Of a stretch of 36,180 nucleotides of DNA, positions 25,749-34,816 are shown piece after piece. Where the stretch lies: NCBI GenBank assembly GCA_949286445.1, contig CASECL010000032.1, positions 1 through 36,180 of the forward strand, in the 5' to 3' direction. Below the pieces are notes generated by a model. The model was not told where the DNA came from. It searched no databases and was given only the letters and a program-made list of their open reading frames with translations. Position 1 is the first letter of the stretch; each line of letters starts with the position of its first letter. Source of the stretch: an uncultured bacterium (lineage in GTDB: Bacteria; Verrucomicrobiota; Lentisphaeria; Victivallales; Victivallaceae). Both the position numbers and the translations under genes were made by a program.

Positions 25749-26694
25749 TTTTATTTCGGTGGTTGTACCGGTCTATAACGAAGAGGGCTGTCTGCAGGAA
25801 TTGATAGACCGCTCTCTGGCGTCGCTGGACAAAACCGGAAAGAAAAATGAGCTTATTTTAGTAGATGACGGCAGCCGTGACGGTTCGGCGGATATTATTG
25901 CCCGGGCGTCAGAAGCCCATCCTGACCGGGTGATCGGCTGTATATTGAATCGTAATTACGGACAGCATTCCGCAATTATGGCCGGTTTTTCGCTGGTACG
26001 CGGCGATCTGGTAATAACCTTGGATGCCGATCTGCAGAATCCGCCGGAGGAATTCCCCCGGCTGGTGGCGGCGGCAGAAGAGGGCAACGATGTGGTCGGT
26101 ACGGTAAGAATGAACCGTAAAGATACCTGGTTCCGCCGGATGGCGTCAAAGGTGGTGAACCGGGTGGCGCGCAAGGCTACCGGGGTGAACATGGTGGACT
26201 ACGGCTGCATGCTGCGGGCCTACCGCCGTCCGGTGGTGGATGCAATGCTGCAATGCCATGAACGCAGCACATTTATTCCGATTCTGGGAAACAGTTTTGC
26301 CCGCCAAACCTGCGAAATTCAGGTCAGCCACAGTGAACGCGCGGTGGGTGAATCAAAATATTCACTTTGGAAACTGATCAATCTGCAGTTTAATATGCTT
26401 ACCTGCATGACGACTTTCCCGCTTCAGGTGCTGACCTATGTGGGAGCTTTGATCGCGCTCAGCGGGGTTGCGCTCGGTGTGTTTATTCTGGCTTTCCGTT
26501 ACATTCACCTGGATGGCCAGGCCTGGTCAAATCAGGGAACGTTCACACTGTTTGCCATCAGTTTCATCTTTTCCGGCTGCCAGATGGCCGGCATGGGAAT
26601 ACTGGGCGAATATATTGCCAGAATTTACAATGATGTCCGGGCCCGGCCGCTGTACTTTGTGGAAAAAGTGCTTGGACGCTCTGATATGAAATAA
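25726..26694 (+). CDS. arnC: ArnC-like GT2 polyprenyl-phosphate aminosugar transferase
   Basis: GT2 motifs VSVVVPVYNEEG, ILVDDGSRDGS and the DxD in LDADLQNP. Two C-terminal TM helices, as in ArnC/DPM synthases. It overlaps arnT by 23 nt. Confidence 0.8.
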   Translation: MEKNKIIDFISVVVPVYNEEGCLQELIDRSLASLDKTGKKNELILVDDGSRDGSADIIARASEAHPDRVIGCILNRNYGQHSAIMAGFSLVRGDLVITLDADLQNPPEEFPRLVAAAEEGNDVVGTVRMNRKDTWFRRMASKVVNRVARKATGVNMVDYGCMLRAYRRPVVDAMLQCHERSTFIPILGNSFARQTCEIQVSHSERAVGESKYSLWKLINLQFNMLTCMTTFPLQVLTYVGALIALSGVALGVFILAFRYIHLDGQAWSNQGTFTLFAISFIFSGCQMAGMGILGEYIARIYNDVRARPLYFVEKVLGRSDMK

Positions 26695-26826
26695 TAAATA
26701 TTGATTTGAAAAAATCCATGGATTGGTGTATATTTCCCGGTGGGGGATATCGCGGCGTCCGGGATGAACGGCAATGCCGGGATAAGCGGATGTTAAAAAA
26801 GAGGGTGGAAGGTCAGAAAGGTTTTT

Positions 26827-27540
26827 ATGAGTAATTATCAATTCAAACGGGTGCTGTTGAAATTGAGCGGAGAAGCGTTGAAAGGCGACCGTGAATTCGG
26901 TTACTCTGCTTCCGCCATAGATGACATCGTAAACCGGATATCTCCGCTGCTGGATAACGGTATCGAAGTGGCGATGGTCGTGGGTGCCGGAAATATCTGG
27001 CGCGGGGTGATGGGCTCCGACCGGATGGAGAGGGTGGATGCCGACAGCATGGGAATGCTGGCAACAGTGATGAATGCCATTTGTCTGCGGGATCATTTTC
27101 AGGCGGCAGGAGTTAATGCTGTTGTACAGACCGCGGTGGCAATGGAGCCGCTGGCAGACCGTTACAACCGGAAAAAAGCGATTGCGGCATTGGAGGCCGG
27201 GCAGGTGGTGATTTTTGCCTGCGGGACCGGAAGTCCGTTTTTTACCACCGACAGTGCAAGCGCACTGCGGGCATTGGAAACGGATTGTGATGCACTTATT
27301 AAAGCGACCAAAGTTGACGGAGTTTATTCAGCCGATCCGATGCGTTTTCCGGATGCCAGGCGTTATGAAAGAATAAGTTATGATGAAGCATTGGCGGCCC
27401 GGCTCGGTGTGCTGGATTCGGTGGCGTTTTCACTGTGCCGGGACAATGCGCTGCCGATAATCGTATGCAATTTCAATGATCCCGGCGCGCTGGACCGGGT
27501 GTTGCGCGGCGATACCGCGGCAGGAACGATTGTAGAATAA
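26827..27540 (+). CDS. pyrH: UMP kinase
   Basis: RVLLKLSGEAL, VVGAGNIWRG, ...ACGTGSPFFTTDSASALRA... are canonical PyrH motifs. 237 aa. Confidence 0.9.
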   Translation: MSNYQFKRVLLKLSGEALKGDREFGYSASAIDDIVNRISPLLDNGIEVAMVVGAGNIWRGVMGSDRMERVDADSMGMLATVMNAICLRDHFQAAGVNAVVQTAVAMEPLADRYNRKKAIAALEAGQVVIFACGTGSPFFTTDSASALRALETDCDALIKATKVDGVYSADPMRFPDARRYERISYDEALAARLGVLDSVAFSLCRDNALPIIVCNFNDPGALDRVLRGDTAAGTIVE

Positions 27541-27586
27541 AATCATCCGGGGATTCGGTTTTGGTCTCCGGTAAAAGTACAGGCTG

Positions 27587-28393
27587 TTGTTTATGAGCGG
27601 ATATTATGTTTCTCCCCGGGCAAAACTGGGTGAGCGGGTGGAAATCGGACCGGGCGCAGTTATTGAGGATGACTGCGTTATCGGAGATGACTGTTTTATT
27701 GATGCCAATGTTAAAATTGGCCGTTACACCACCATTGGCGCGCGCAGCCGTATTTATCTGGGAGCTTATGTCGGCGCGGAACCGCAGGATCACCGTTTCC
27801 GGCCTGGAGTGAAGTCTTCAACCGTTATCGGCAGCGATACGGTAATCCGGGAATATGTTACCATACACCGTTCGCCATTTGAGAACGGCATTACCCGGGT
27901 GGGGGATCACACTTTGCTGATGGCATTTGTGCATCTGGGGCATGACGGGATGATCGGCAACCACGTTACCGCGGCTAATCATACCTCATTTTCCGGACAT
28001 GTGATCGTGGAAGACGGCGCGGTTTTATCCGGGTATGTGCTGATTCATCAGTTTTGCCGGATCGGCAGTCTGGCTATGGTCGGGGCAAGAACGATTATTA
28101 CCCAGGATGTGCCGCCTTATGTGCTGTTGTCTGAAAGCAATTGCGTGTGTTCATCCAATACCGTCGGATTGCGGCGGGCAGGATTGTCAGATGAGGCGAG
28201 ACTGGCAATAAGAAAAGCAATTAAGACATTTTATTTCAAGAAGCTGAACGCGAAAAACGCCCTGGCGGAAATATGCAGCGGACCGATGACGCCGGAGGTG
28301 GAACATTTTGTGGATTTCATAAGAAAATCTGAACGCGGGGTAATGCCCGGCGATCCCAGAATAATCGCGTTGGGCAAGAGAATAGAAGAGTGA
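27587..28393 (+). CDS. lpxA: Acyl-ACP--UDP-N-acetylglucosamine O-acyltransferase
   Basis: Left-handed beta-helix hexapeptide repeats (IGDDCFIDANVKIG, IGARSRIYLGAYVG...), the catalytic-His region ...HLGHDGMIGNHV..., and the C-terminal helical domain. 268 aa. Confidence 0.88.
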   Translation: MFMSGYYVSPRAKLGERVEIGPGAVIEDDCVIGDDCFIDANVKIGRYTTIGARSRIYLGAYVGAEPQDHRFRPGVKSSTVIGSDTVIREYVTIHRSPFENGITRVGDHTLLMAFVHLGHDGMIGNHVTAANHTSFSGHVIVEDGAVLSGYVLIHQFCRIGSLAMVGARTIITQDVPPYVLLSESNCVCSSNTVGLRRAGLSDEARLAIRKAIKTFYFKKLNAKNALAEICSGPMTPEVEHFVDFIRKSERGVMPGDPRIIALGKRIEE

Positions 28394-28401
28394 GGTTTTT
28401 T

Positions 28402-29604
28402 ATGCGTGCGGTGAAAGAAATTTTTATGTTGCTGATAAAGAAAATGCCTGCAGTTACAGTTCTGCCGTTGCTGCTGCTGTTTTCCGGATGCGCCGGCTGG
28501 GGTGAAGAAAAATCAGAGGTGCTTATCGGTGTGCTGGCTCCGGCCCAGGGCGGCAATGCCAAAGCGGCGGAGCAGGTAATTAAAGGTATCGGGATTGCCG
28601 CCGACGGCGTGAATAATTCCGGTGGAGTGGAAGGCCGGAGAATAAAATTGGAAGTTATCCGGTACAAAAATCCCCGTCAGGCTGTGCGTGACTTTGACAG
28701 ATTGGCAGATTCCGGAGCCGCAGCAGTGATAGGAACATACAGTTCAGAAGAGGTTACCCCGCTGAAATCAGCGGCCAACCGGAGAAAATTGCTTCTGGTG
28801 CTGCCCATGGCCAGTTCGGATGAATTGACGGAGAGAACTGATTATGTAGTGAGAAATTGTTATAATGACACATTGCAGAGCCGGGCTTTGATGTATTATG
28901 CCCGTTATCTCAAGGATAAAAAACGCCTCGGAGTGCTGGTTAATCTGGATGAAGGAGCAGTTTTCGCCCGGGATATTGCTTACAAGGCGGCACAGTGCTT
29001 CAATGATTACGGCGGGACTGTGGCCGGGATGGCCGGTTTCCGGGAGAAAGACCGCAGTTTTGCCGGGCCGCTGAAAAAACTGATGGATAAAAATATCGAT
29101 ATACTGCTGCTGCCGGCATACCCGGAGTGTGCCGGTAAAATTATTGCCGAAGCCAGAAAACTCGGATATACCGGGATGATTATTTCACCTGACAGCGTAT
29201 CGGAAAAAGCATTCTTTGAGGCGTTGCCGGAAAATGCGGGAGAGGTTTATTTTTCTTCGCCGTATTCCCAAGATTATCTGACGGAGAATACTGCCAATTT
29301 CCGCACCATCATGCGGAGAAATGAAATCACTTCTCCCGGCGACGGCGAGGCTCAGGGATATGACGCGCTGAATTTAATTGCCGCCGCTCTCCAGGCGGAT
29401 GACGCGCCTTATAAAGCTATCCGCAAACTCAATCATCATGCCGGGGCTTCCGGTCCGGTAATTATGCGTGAGGACGGCAATGCGGATCACATGATTTTCA
29501 TCAACAAAATTGAATACGGCAAGGACGGCAAGGCGTCACCCAAACTTGAACTCGGCGTCGATCCGCTGCTGCTCCGGGACGTGACCATTGACAAGAAAGA
29601 GTAG
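28402..29604 (+). CDS. Orphan ABC-type substrate-binding lipoprotein (Leu/Ile/Val-binding, Peripla_BP_6-like fold)
   Basis: Signal plus lipobox ...LPLLLLFSGCAG. The LivK-like pattern ...IGVLAPAQGGNA...AAAVIGTYSSEE.... No permease or ATPase genes are adjacent. The start could also be the GTG at 28390 overlapping the lpxA stop. Confidence 0.7.
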   Translation: MRAVKEIFMLLIKKMPAVTVLPLLLLFSGCAGWGEEKSEVLIGVLAPAQGGNAKAAEQVIKGIGIAADGVNNSGGVEGRRIKLEVIRYKNPRQAVRDFDRLADSGAAAVIGTYSSEEVTPLKSAANRRKLLLVLPMASSDELTERTDYVVRNCYNDTLQSRALMYYARYLKDKKRLGVLVNLDEGAVFARDIAYKAAQCFNDYGGTVAGMAGFREKDRSFAGPLKKLMDKNIDILLLPAYPECAGKIIAEARKLGYTGMIISPDSVSEKAFFEALPENAGEVYFSSPYSQDYLTENTANFRTIMRRNEITSPGDGEAQGYDALNLIAAALQADDAPYKAIRKLNHHAGASGPVIMREDGNADHMIFINKIEYGKDGKASPKLELGVDPLLLRDVTIDKKE

Positions 29605-29616
29605 TGTAGTAGCGGA

Positions 29617-31506
29617 ATGAGTGAGGAAAGAGAAAATCCCGCCGCCGGAATGAAAAACAGCGTTTCCGGCGCAGCGGGGCAGTCTCCGGCGGCGGAATAT
29701 AACGAAAATGCAATTCAAACCCTGAGCGCACTGGAGCATATCCGGCTCCGGCCGGGTATGTATATCGGGCGCATGGGGGATGGTTCGCATCCCGATGACG
29801 GTATTTATATTCTGCTCAAAGAGATTATTGACAACAGTATTGACGAATTCATCATGGGGCAGGGACGCCGGATTGATGTGGCGTTGAACGGCCATACTGT
29901 TTCTGTGCGGGATTACGGGCGGGGAATACCGCCGGGAAAACTGGTGGAGTGCGTCTCTGTAATCAATACCGGAGGTAAATACAATACTGATGTATTCAAA
30001 TTTTCCATCGGTCTCAACGGGGTGGGCACCAAGGCGGTAAATGCGCTTTCAGAATATTTCCGGGTCAAAACCATAAGAGACGGTCATTTCCGTGCTGCGG
30101 AGTTTTCCAAAGGCAAACTGGTCAATGAAGAGGAGGGCGATTGCCAGGAACGCAACGGAACCCAGGTGGAATTCACTCCGGATCATGAATTATTCAAAAA
30201 TTATGATTTCCGGATGGAGTATCTGGAAAAACGGCTCTGGATGTACGCTTATTTGAACAGCGGCCTGTCGCTTTACTTCAATAACCGGGTATATTTTTCC
30301 CGGAACGGCTTGAAAGATTTGCTGGAAAATGAGGTGGAGGAAGAAAACCGCCTTTATAATACGATTTACTTCAAAGACAAAACCATTGAATTTGCCCTGA
30401 CTCACAGTGACGCCTATGGTGAAACCCAGTTTTCATTTGTCAACGGACAGTATACTCATGACGGCGGAACTCACCTGTCCGCCTTTAAAGAGGGTGTGCT
30501 TAAGGGAATAAATGAGTTTTCCGGGCGGAATTTCAAGGCTGACGCCATCCGGGACGGATTGGTGGGGGCCATCGCAGTAAAAGTGGTCGCTCCGGTCTTT
30601 GAATCCCAGACCAAAAATAAGCTGGGCAATACCGATGTGCGGTATCCGGTGGTGACTGCCGTCAGTGCGGCGGTGGCAGATTTCCTCCATAAAAACCGGG
30701 AAGTGGCTGACCTGGTGATTGACAAAGTCACCCGCAACGAACAACTGCATAAACAGATATCCGAGGTGAAGAAAAAATCCCGGGAGACTTTGCAGAAAAG
30801 CCGTTTGCGTATTCCCAAGCTGAAAGATTGCAAATATCATATCGGAGAGAAAATTCCCCGCAATGTTGCGCCGGGTGAATCAATGATTTTTCTTACCGAG
30901 GGCGATTCCGCCGCCGGATCGCTGGAGGTCTGCCGGGACGTGAACTACCAGGCTATTTTCGCACTGCGCGGTAAACCGATGAATTTCTACGGGCAGAAGT
31001 TTGAAAAGATTTACAGCAATGAGGAGTTGACATTCCTGATGCAGGCACTGGGGGTGGAGGAATCAGTGGAAAATCTGCGTTATGACCGGATAATTATTGC
31101 CACTGATGCGGATGTGGATGGACTGCATATCCGTAATTTGCTGTTGACTTTTTTCCTGACGTTCTTTGACCAGCTGGTGCTTTCCGGGCATGTTTTTGTG
31201 CTGGAAACTCCGCTTTTCCGGGTGCAGAAGCCGAAAGAAAAACCAATTTACTGTTACAGCGAACAGGAACGGGATGCCGCTTACGCCAAGGCAGGGAAAA
31301 AAGCGGAAATCACCCGGTTCAAAGGTTTGGGGGAAATTTCACCCAAGGAATTCGGTCAGTTCATCGGATCGGAGATGCGGCTGGCACCGGTAACGCTGGA
31401 CAGTATGAGAAATGTTCCGGAACTGCTGGGCTTTTACATGGGCAACAATACCCCGGAACGGAAAGATTACATTATGAACAATTTGGAGGTGCCGGAATAT
31501 GACTGA
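29617..31506 (+). CDS. parE: Type IIA topoisomerase B subunit (629 aa; topo IV ParE-like or short GyrB)
   Basis: GHKL ATPase motifs (LKEIIDNSIDE, the GRGIP and GLNGVG loops), Toprim EGDSAAGS, and ATDADVDGLHI (DxD). Its stop overlaps the A-subunit start (ATGACTGA). Confidence 0.85.
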   Translation: MSEERENPAAGMKNSVSGAAGQSPAAEYNENAIQTLSALEHIRLRPGMYIGRMGDGSHPDDGIYILLKEIIDNSIDEFIMGQGRRIDVALNGHTVSVRDYGRGIPPGKLVECVSVINTGGKYNTDVFKFSIGLNGVGTKAVNALSEYFRVKTIRDGHFRAAEFSKGKLVNEEEGDCQERNGTQVEFTPDHELFKNYDFRMEYLEKRLWMYAYLNSGLSLYFNNRVYFSRNGLKDLLENEVEEENRLYNTIYFKDKTIEFALTHSDAYGETQFSFVNGQYTHDGGTHLSAFKEGVLKGINEFSGRNFKADAIRDGLVGAIAVKVVAPVFESQTKNKLGNTDVRYPVVTAVSAAVADFLHKNREVADLVIDKVTRNEQLHKQISEVKKKSRETLQKSRLRIPKLKDCKYHIGEKIPRNVAPGESMIFLTEGDSAAGSLEVCRDVNYQAIFALRGKPMNFYGQKFEKIYSNEELTFLMQALGVEESVENLRYDRIIIATDADVDGLHIRNLLLTFFLTFFDQLVLSGHVFVLETPLFRVQKPKEKPIYCYSEQERDAAYAKAGKKAEITRFKGLGEISPKEFGQFIGSEMRLAPVTLDSMRNVPELLGFYMGNNTPERKDYIMNNLEVPEYD

Positions 31507-34500
31507 TGAGATCAGCAAACATCCGGAGTCCAATATCCCGGTGCCGGAAAAGAAAGCGGCAGATAATGTTGCATCTGGAGCGGCAGACGGTTATTCCGGC
31601 ACAATAGAAAATGCCGGTTCCACAAGTGAGGATGACGAGGTTATCGAGGGAGTGGTGGCGGAACAGAAAAGAGGAAATAATGATTATTTCCGCCAGATGA
31701 TGGACCGCAACTTTCTGGATTACGCCAGTTATGTGATCAAAGACCGGGCGATCCCGGATGTGGATGATGGCCTTAAACCGGTTCAAAGGCGTATCTTGTG
31801 GGCATTGTACAAGGTGCATGACGGACGTACCCACAAGGTGGCCAATATTGTCGGAAATGCAATGCATTATCACCCACATGGCAATGCTTCAATCGAAGAC
31901 GCTCTGGTGGTGCTGGCCAACAAGGGCGGCATGGTGGAAAAAATTGAGCGTGAAGACGGAATGGAGGTTAAAAAATACTACCAGACCCCGTATTTCATAG
32001 TTCAACAGGGAAATTTCGGCAATCCCCTGACCGGAAGCCCGGCGGCGGCGGGGCGTTATATTGAATGCGCTCTTTCCCAGCTGGCAGTGGAAACCATGTT
32101 CGACAATGATATAACCGAGTTTGTCGATACTTACGATGGCCGGGAGGTGGAACCGGTGAGGCTTCCGGCCAAGGTGCCCTCACTGCTGATGCTGGGAAGC
32201 GACGGTATCGCGGTGGGAATGGCCACCAAAATAATGCCTCATAACTTTAATGAGCTGCTTGATGCCGAAATCGCGGAGTTGAAAGGGGAAAAATATACTT
32301 TGCTGCCCGATTTTGCCACCGGAGGCTTGATGGATGCCGGAGAATATGCCGATGGCAACGGCAGAATTGTCCTGCGGGCAAAAATCGATATTGAGGGGCG
32401 CGAGCTGGTAATAAGAGAAATACCTGCCGGACTGGATACCGAAAAAATCGTTTCCTCAATAGAGAAAGCAGCAGAGAAAAATAAGATAAAAATATCTTCC
32501 GTACAGGATTACACCACTGACCACGTTGAAATACGGGTGACGCCAACCCGGGGATATGACCCGGAAAAGACGTTGCAGGGGTTGTTGATGTACACGGATT
32601 GCTCATATCCGATTTCGGTGAATATGACCGTGATCCGGGATAACCGCCCGGTTCAGATGACCGTTACCGAGGTTTTGAAGCGGAATGTGGAAAAATTGCT
32701 CGATTACCTGAAACGTGAGCTTGAAATCGAGTTGGGACGGCAAAATGAATTGTTTCACGCCAGAACTCTGGCTCAGATATTCTTTGAACAGCGGATTTAT
32801 AAAAGAATTGAAGAGTGCCGTACCCAGGAAGCTGAATATGCTGAGGTGCACGCCGGTTTGGCTCCATTCCGGGATGAACTGCGCCGCGATGTCACCGATG
32901 AAGATGTGGACAAACTCCTGGCACTGCCGGTGCGCCGCATCAGCCGGTTTGATATTGAGAAAAACCAGCGCGAACTGGCGGAGATTGAAAAACGGATCGC
33001 GGAAATCAAACGCAATCTTAAATCACTCCATGCCTACGCAATAAAGTATATTGAAAATCTTAAAGCAAAATATGGCGCGCTTTTCCCGAGACGCACCGAA
33101 ATAATGGAGCTTAAATCAATAGACCGCAAGGCGGCGGCATTGAACAATCTCCGCGTGGGACACGACCGCAAAAACGGTTACATCGGTCTGGCGGTAAAAT
33201 GCGATGATCCGGTGGTGTGCAATGAATTTGACCAGCTGCTGCTGGTAAGGAAAGACGGTTCATACAAAGTAACCGATTTGCCGGGAGACAAACTTTTTGT
33301 CGGGAAACTTTATGAGTGCAGAAAGTATGATGCCCAGACGGTGTTCGGCATCATTTACCGGGACACCAAAACTGGAAAATGCTACGGCAAACGCAGTTCT
33401 GTCGGAGGATTTATCAAGGATAAAGAGTATATTTTCTGCCCCAAAGGCTGTGTGCTTGAGCTTTTCACCCCGCGTCCTGATGCGGTTTATGAACTGATCC
33501 GCAAGGGAGCCAGGAAAAATGCGGTGGAAGAACTCAATCTCATGACTTTGCCCAGGCGTTCCGCCAAGGCAAGGGGGATAATGATCTCCAATCTGCCGTT
33601 GGCAAAAATAACCTGGAAGCGTTTCCTGTCTGAGGAGGAATTGGCGGAGCTGAATGCGGCAGAGAATTCCGGGCCTGACACCGCAGGGTCAGCAGATACT
33701 GCCGCAGAAAACGGAGAAGCGGAAGAGACACCGGAAAAAACGGAACTGACCGTTAACCCCGGTGCGGAAAAGGATGGCGGAATACCGGAAAAAAGTGATG
33801 ATATAACTCCAGAACTTGAATCCGGTGAAAATTCACCGGAAAAAGAGGAGGAAAATATTTCTTCCGGAGAAGACCCCGTATCCGCGGAAATTGAAGATGA
33901 TTCAAATGTGACTCCTGAAGACAACGGAAACGGTGAGTCCACTGTGGTTTCAGACGGGCAGGAAAAAATATCTGCAGCTGAAATTGAGGCTGATCCGGAT
34001 AAAACAGAGCCGGAAGCCGCAGACACCGTGTCTTCCGGAAGAAAAAAGGGCAGGAAGTCTGAAAAAACATCTGCCGGATTTTCTGCTCCCGCGGAAGAAA
34101 AAGATGTGTCGGCGGCATTACCGGATGGAGACGGTCAGAGTAAAGATGCTTCTTCAACCGGGGGGGGTGAAGAAGGCAGTGCTTCTGCGCAGAAGATCGA
34201 AGAGTCAGGGAATGCGGAAGCATTTCCGGAGGTAAAAGATAATTCCGGAAAGGTTGCTCCGGAAATCGCGGAAGTAACGTCGGAAAACTCCGCCGCAACG
34301 TTGGATGCTGAAGAGTCTCCGGTTGAAGACTCCGGAGAAAATATAACCGGAATTCCGGAAATGACAGTTGCAAACTCCAATCCGGAAAATGCAGTTGCTC
34401 CGGTTGACACGGTAGAAGAAATTGCTGCATCGGATTCAGAGTTGACAGATAAGGCCGGTTCAGGGAAAGCAGGGGATATTTCCCAAATACCGGAAGAGAT

Positions 34501-34759
34501 TGCCGCTGATAGCAAAGAAGAGCAAAAATCCGTTAATGGAAATATTTCCGACGCAATAGAGCAGAAAGAAGAAAGCGTAGCTGATCTGCTTACTCTGGAA
34601 ATGGAAGAAGCAGCGCAGACAAGAAAACGCCGCCGCACATCAAAACCGCCGGTTGCGGAGAAAAAACGGCCGCTGCCGGAGGAAAAATCCAATCTGCCCA
34701 AATCTTCTGATGATGGAGAAGATGACTTGGGAATAGTTCAGCCGGAACTGGAATTTTAG
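31499..34759 (+). CDS. parC: Type IIA topoisomerase A subunit (1086 aa; ParC-like), with a roughly 60-aa N-terminal extension, a degenerate CTD and a roughly 350-aa acidic low-complexity tail.
   Basis: ...LDYASYVIKDRAIPDVDDGLKPVQRRILWAL..., YHPHGNASIEDAL, QGNFGN, and the active-site Tyr context AAAGRYIE. I see no GyrA-box (QRRGGKG). Residues about 730-1086 are E/S/D/P/A/G-rich, ending in a basic patch TRKRRRTSKPP and then DDGEDDLGIVQPELEF. Confidence 0.85.
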   Translation: MTDEISKHPESNIPVPEKKAADNVASGAADGYSGTIENAGSTSEDDEVIEGVVAEQKRGNNDYFRQMMDRNFLDYASYVIKDRAIPDVDDGLKPVQRRILWALYKVHDGRTHKVANIVGNAMHYHPHGNASIEDALVVLANKGGMVEKIEREDGMEVKKYYQTPYFIVQQGNFGNPLTGSPAAAGRYIECALSQLAVETMFDNDITEFVDTYDGREVEPVRLPAKVPSLLMLGSDGIAVGMATKIMPHNFNELLDAEIAELKGEKYTLLPDFATGGLMDAGEYADGNGRIVLRAKIDIEGRELVIREIPAGLDTEKIVSSIEKAAEKNKIKISSVQDYTTDHVEIRVTPTRGYDPEKTLQGLLMYTDCSYPISVNMTVIRDNRPVQMTVTEVLKRNVEKLLDYLKRELEIELGRQNELFHARTLAQIFFEQRIYKRIEECRTQEAEYAEVHAGLAPFRDELRRDVTDEDVDKLLALPVRRISRFDIEKNQRELAEIEKRIAEIKRNLKSLHAYAIKYIENLKAKYGALFPRRTEIMELKSIDRKAAALNNLRVGHDRKNGYIGLAVKCDDPVVCNEFDQLLLVRKDGSYKVTDLPGDKLFVGKLYECRKYDAQTVFGIIYRDTKTGKCYGKRSSVGGFIKDKEYIFCPKGCVLELFTPRPDAVYELIRKGARKNAVEELNLMTLPRRSAKARGIMISNLPLAKITWKRFLSEEELAELNAAENSGPDTAGSADTAAENGEAEETPEKTELTVNPGAEKDGGIPEKSDDITPELESGENSPEKEEENISSGEDPVSAEIEDDSNVTPEDNGNGESTVVSDGQEKISAAEIEADPDKTEPEAADTVSSGRKKGRKSEKTSAGFSAPAEEKDVSAALPDGDGQSKDASSTGGGEEGSASAQKIEESGNAEAFPEVKDNSGKVAPEIAEVTSENSAATLDAEESPVEDSGENITGIPEMTVANSNPENAVAPVDTVEEIAASDSELTDKAGSGKAGDISQIPEEIAADSKEEQKSVNGNISDAIEQKEESVADLLTLEMEEAAQTRKRRRTSKPPVAEKKRPLPEEKSNLPKSSDDGEDDLGIVQPELEF
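33640..34700 (+). other. Low-complexity acidic region encoding the disordered tail of the topoisomerase A subunit. It has compositional 'ccggaaaa' recurrences and is not a tandem repeat.
   Basis: The translated region has a very high E/S/D/P/A/G content. Antisense ORFs here (33487-34026, 33753-34430, 34135-34701) are artefacts of the composition. Confidence 0.6.
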
Positions 34760-34816
34760 TCGGGAAGCGGTTTACATCTTTTCTTTTCTTCTGAGATATT
34801 CAGCAGGAGAGAAAAG

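Noticed and set aside
26527-27096. 189-aa minus-strand ORF overlapping the arnC end and the pyrH start
   Set aside because: It is antisense to PyrH, which has canonical motifs. It is H/P-rich and implausible.
33640-34700. Possible CRISPR array or tandem-repeat array suggested by recurring ccggaaaa/ttccgg strings
   Set aside because: The recurrences are irregularly spaced and sit inside a continuous ORF. They reflect P-E-K/S-G-E codon composition, not direct repeats with unique spacers. The ccggaa/ttccgg hexamers are abundant across the whole window.
33487-34701. Three minus-strand ORFs (179, 225 and 188 aa) within the 3' third of the topoisomerase A gene
   Set aside because: They are mirror artefacts of the low-complexity acidic coding region. 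Their translated sequences are S/F/P-rich repeats with no start-site signals.
31499-34759. Calling the topoisomerase pair gyrB/gyrA
   Set aside because: I found no GyrA-box and the A subunit has a short degenerate CTD, so ParE/ParC-like is more consistent. This is not certain without phylogeny; see the finding.
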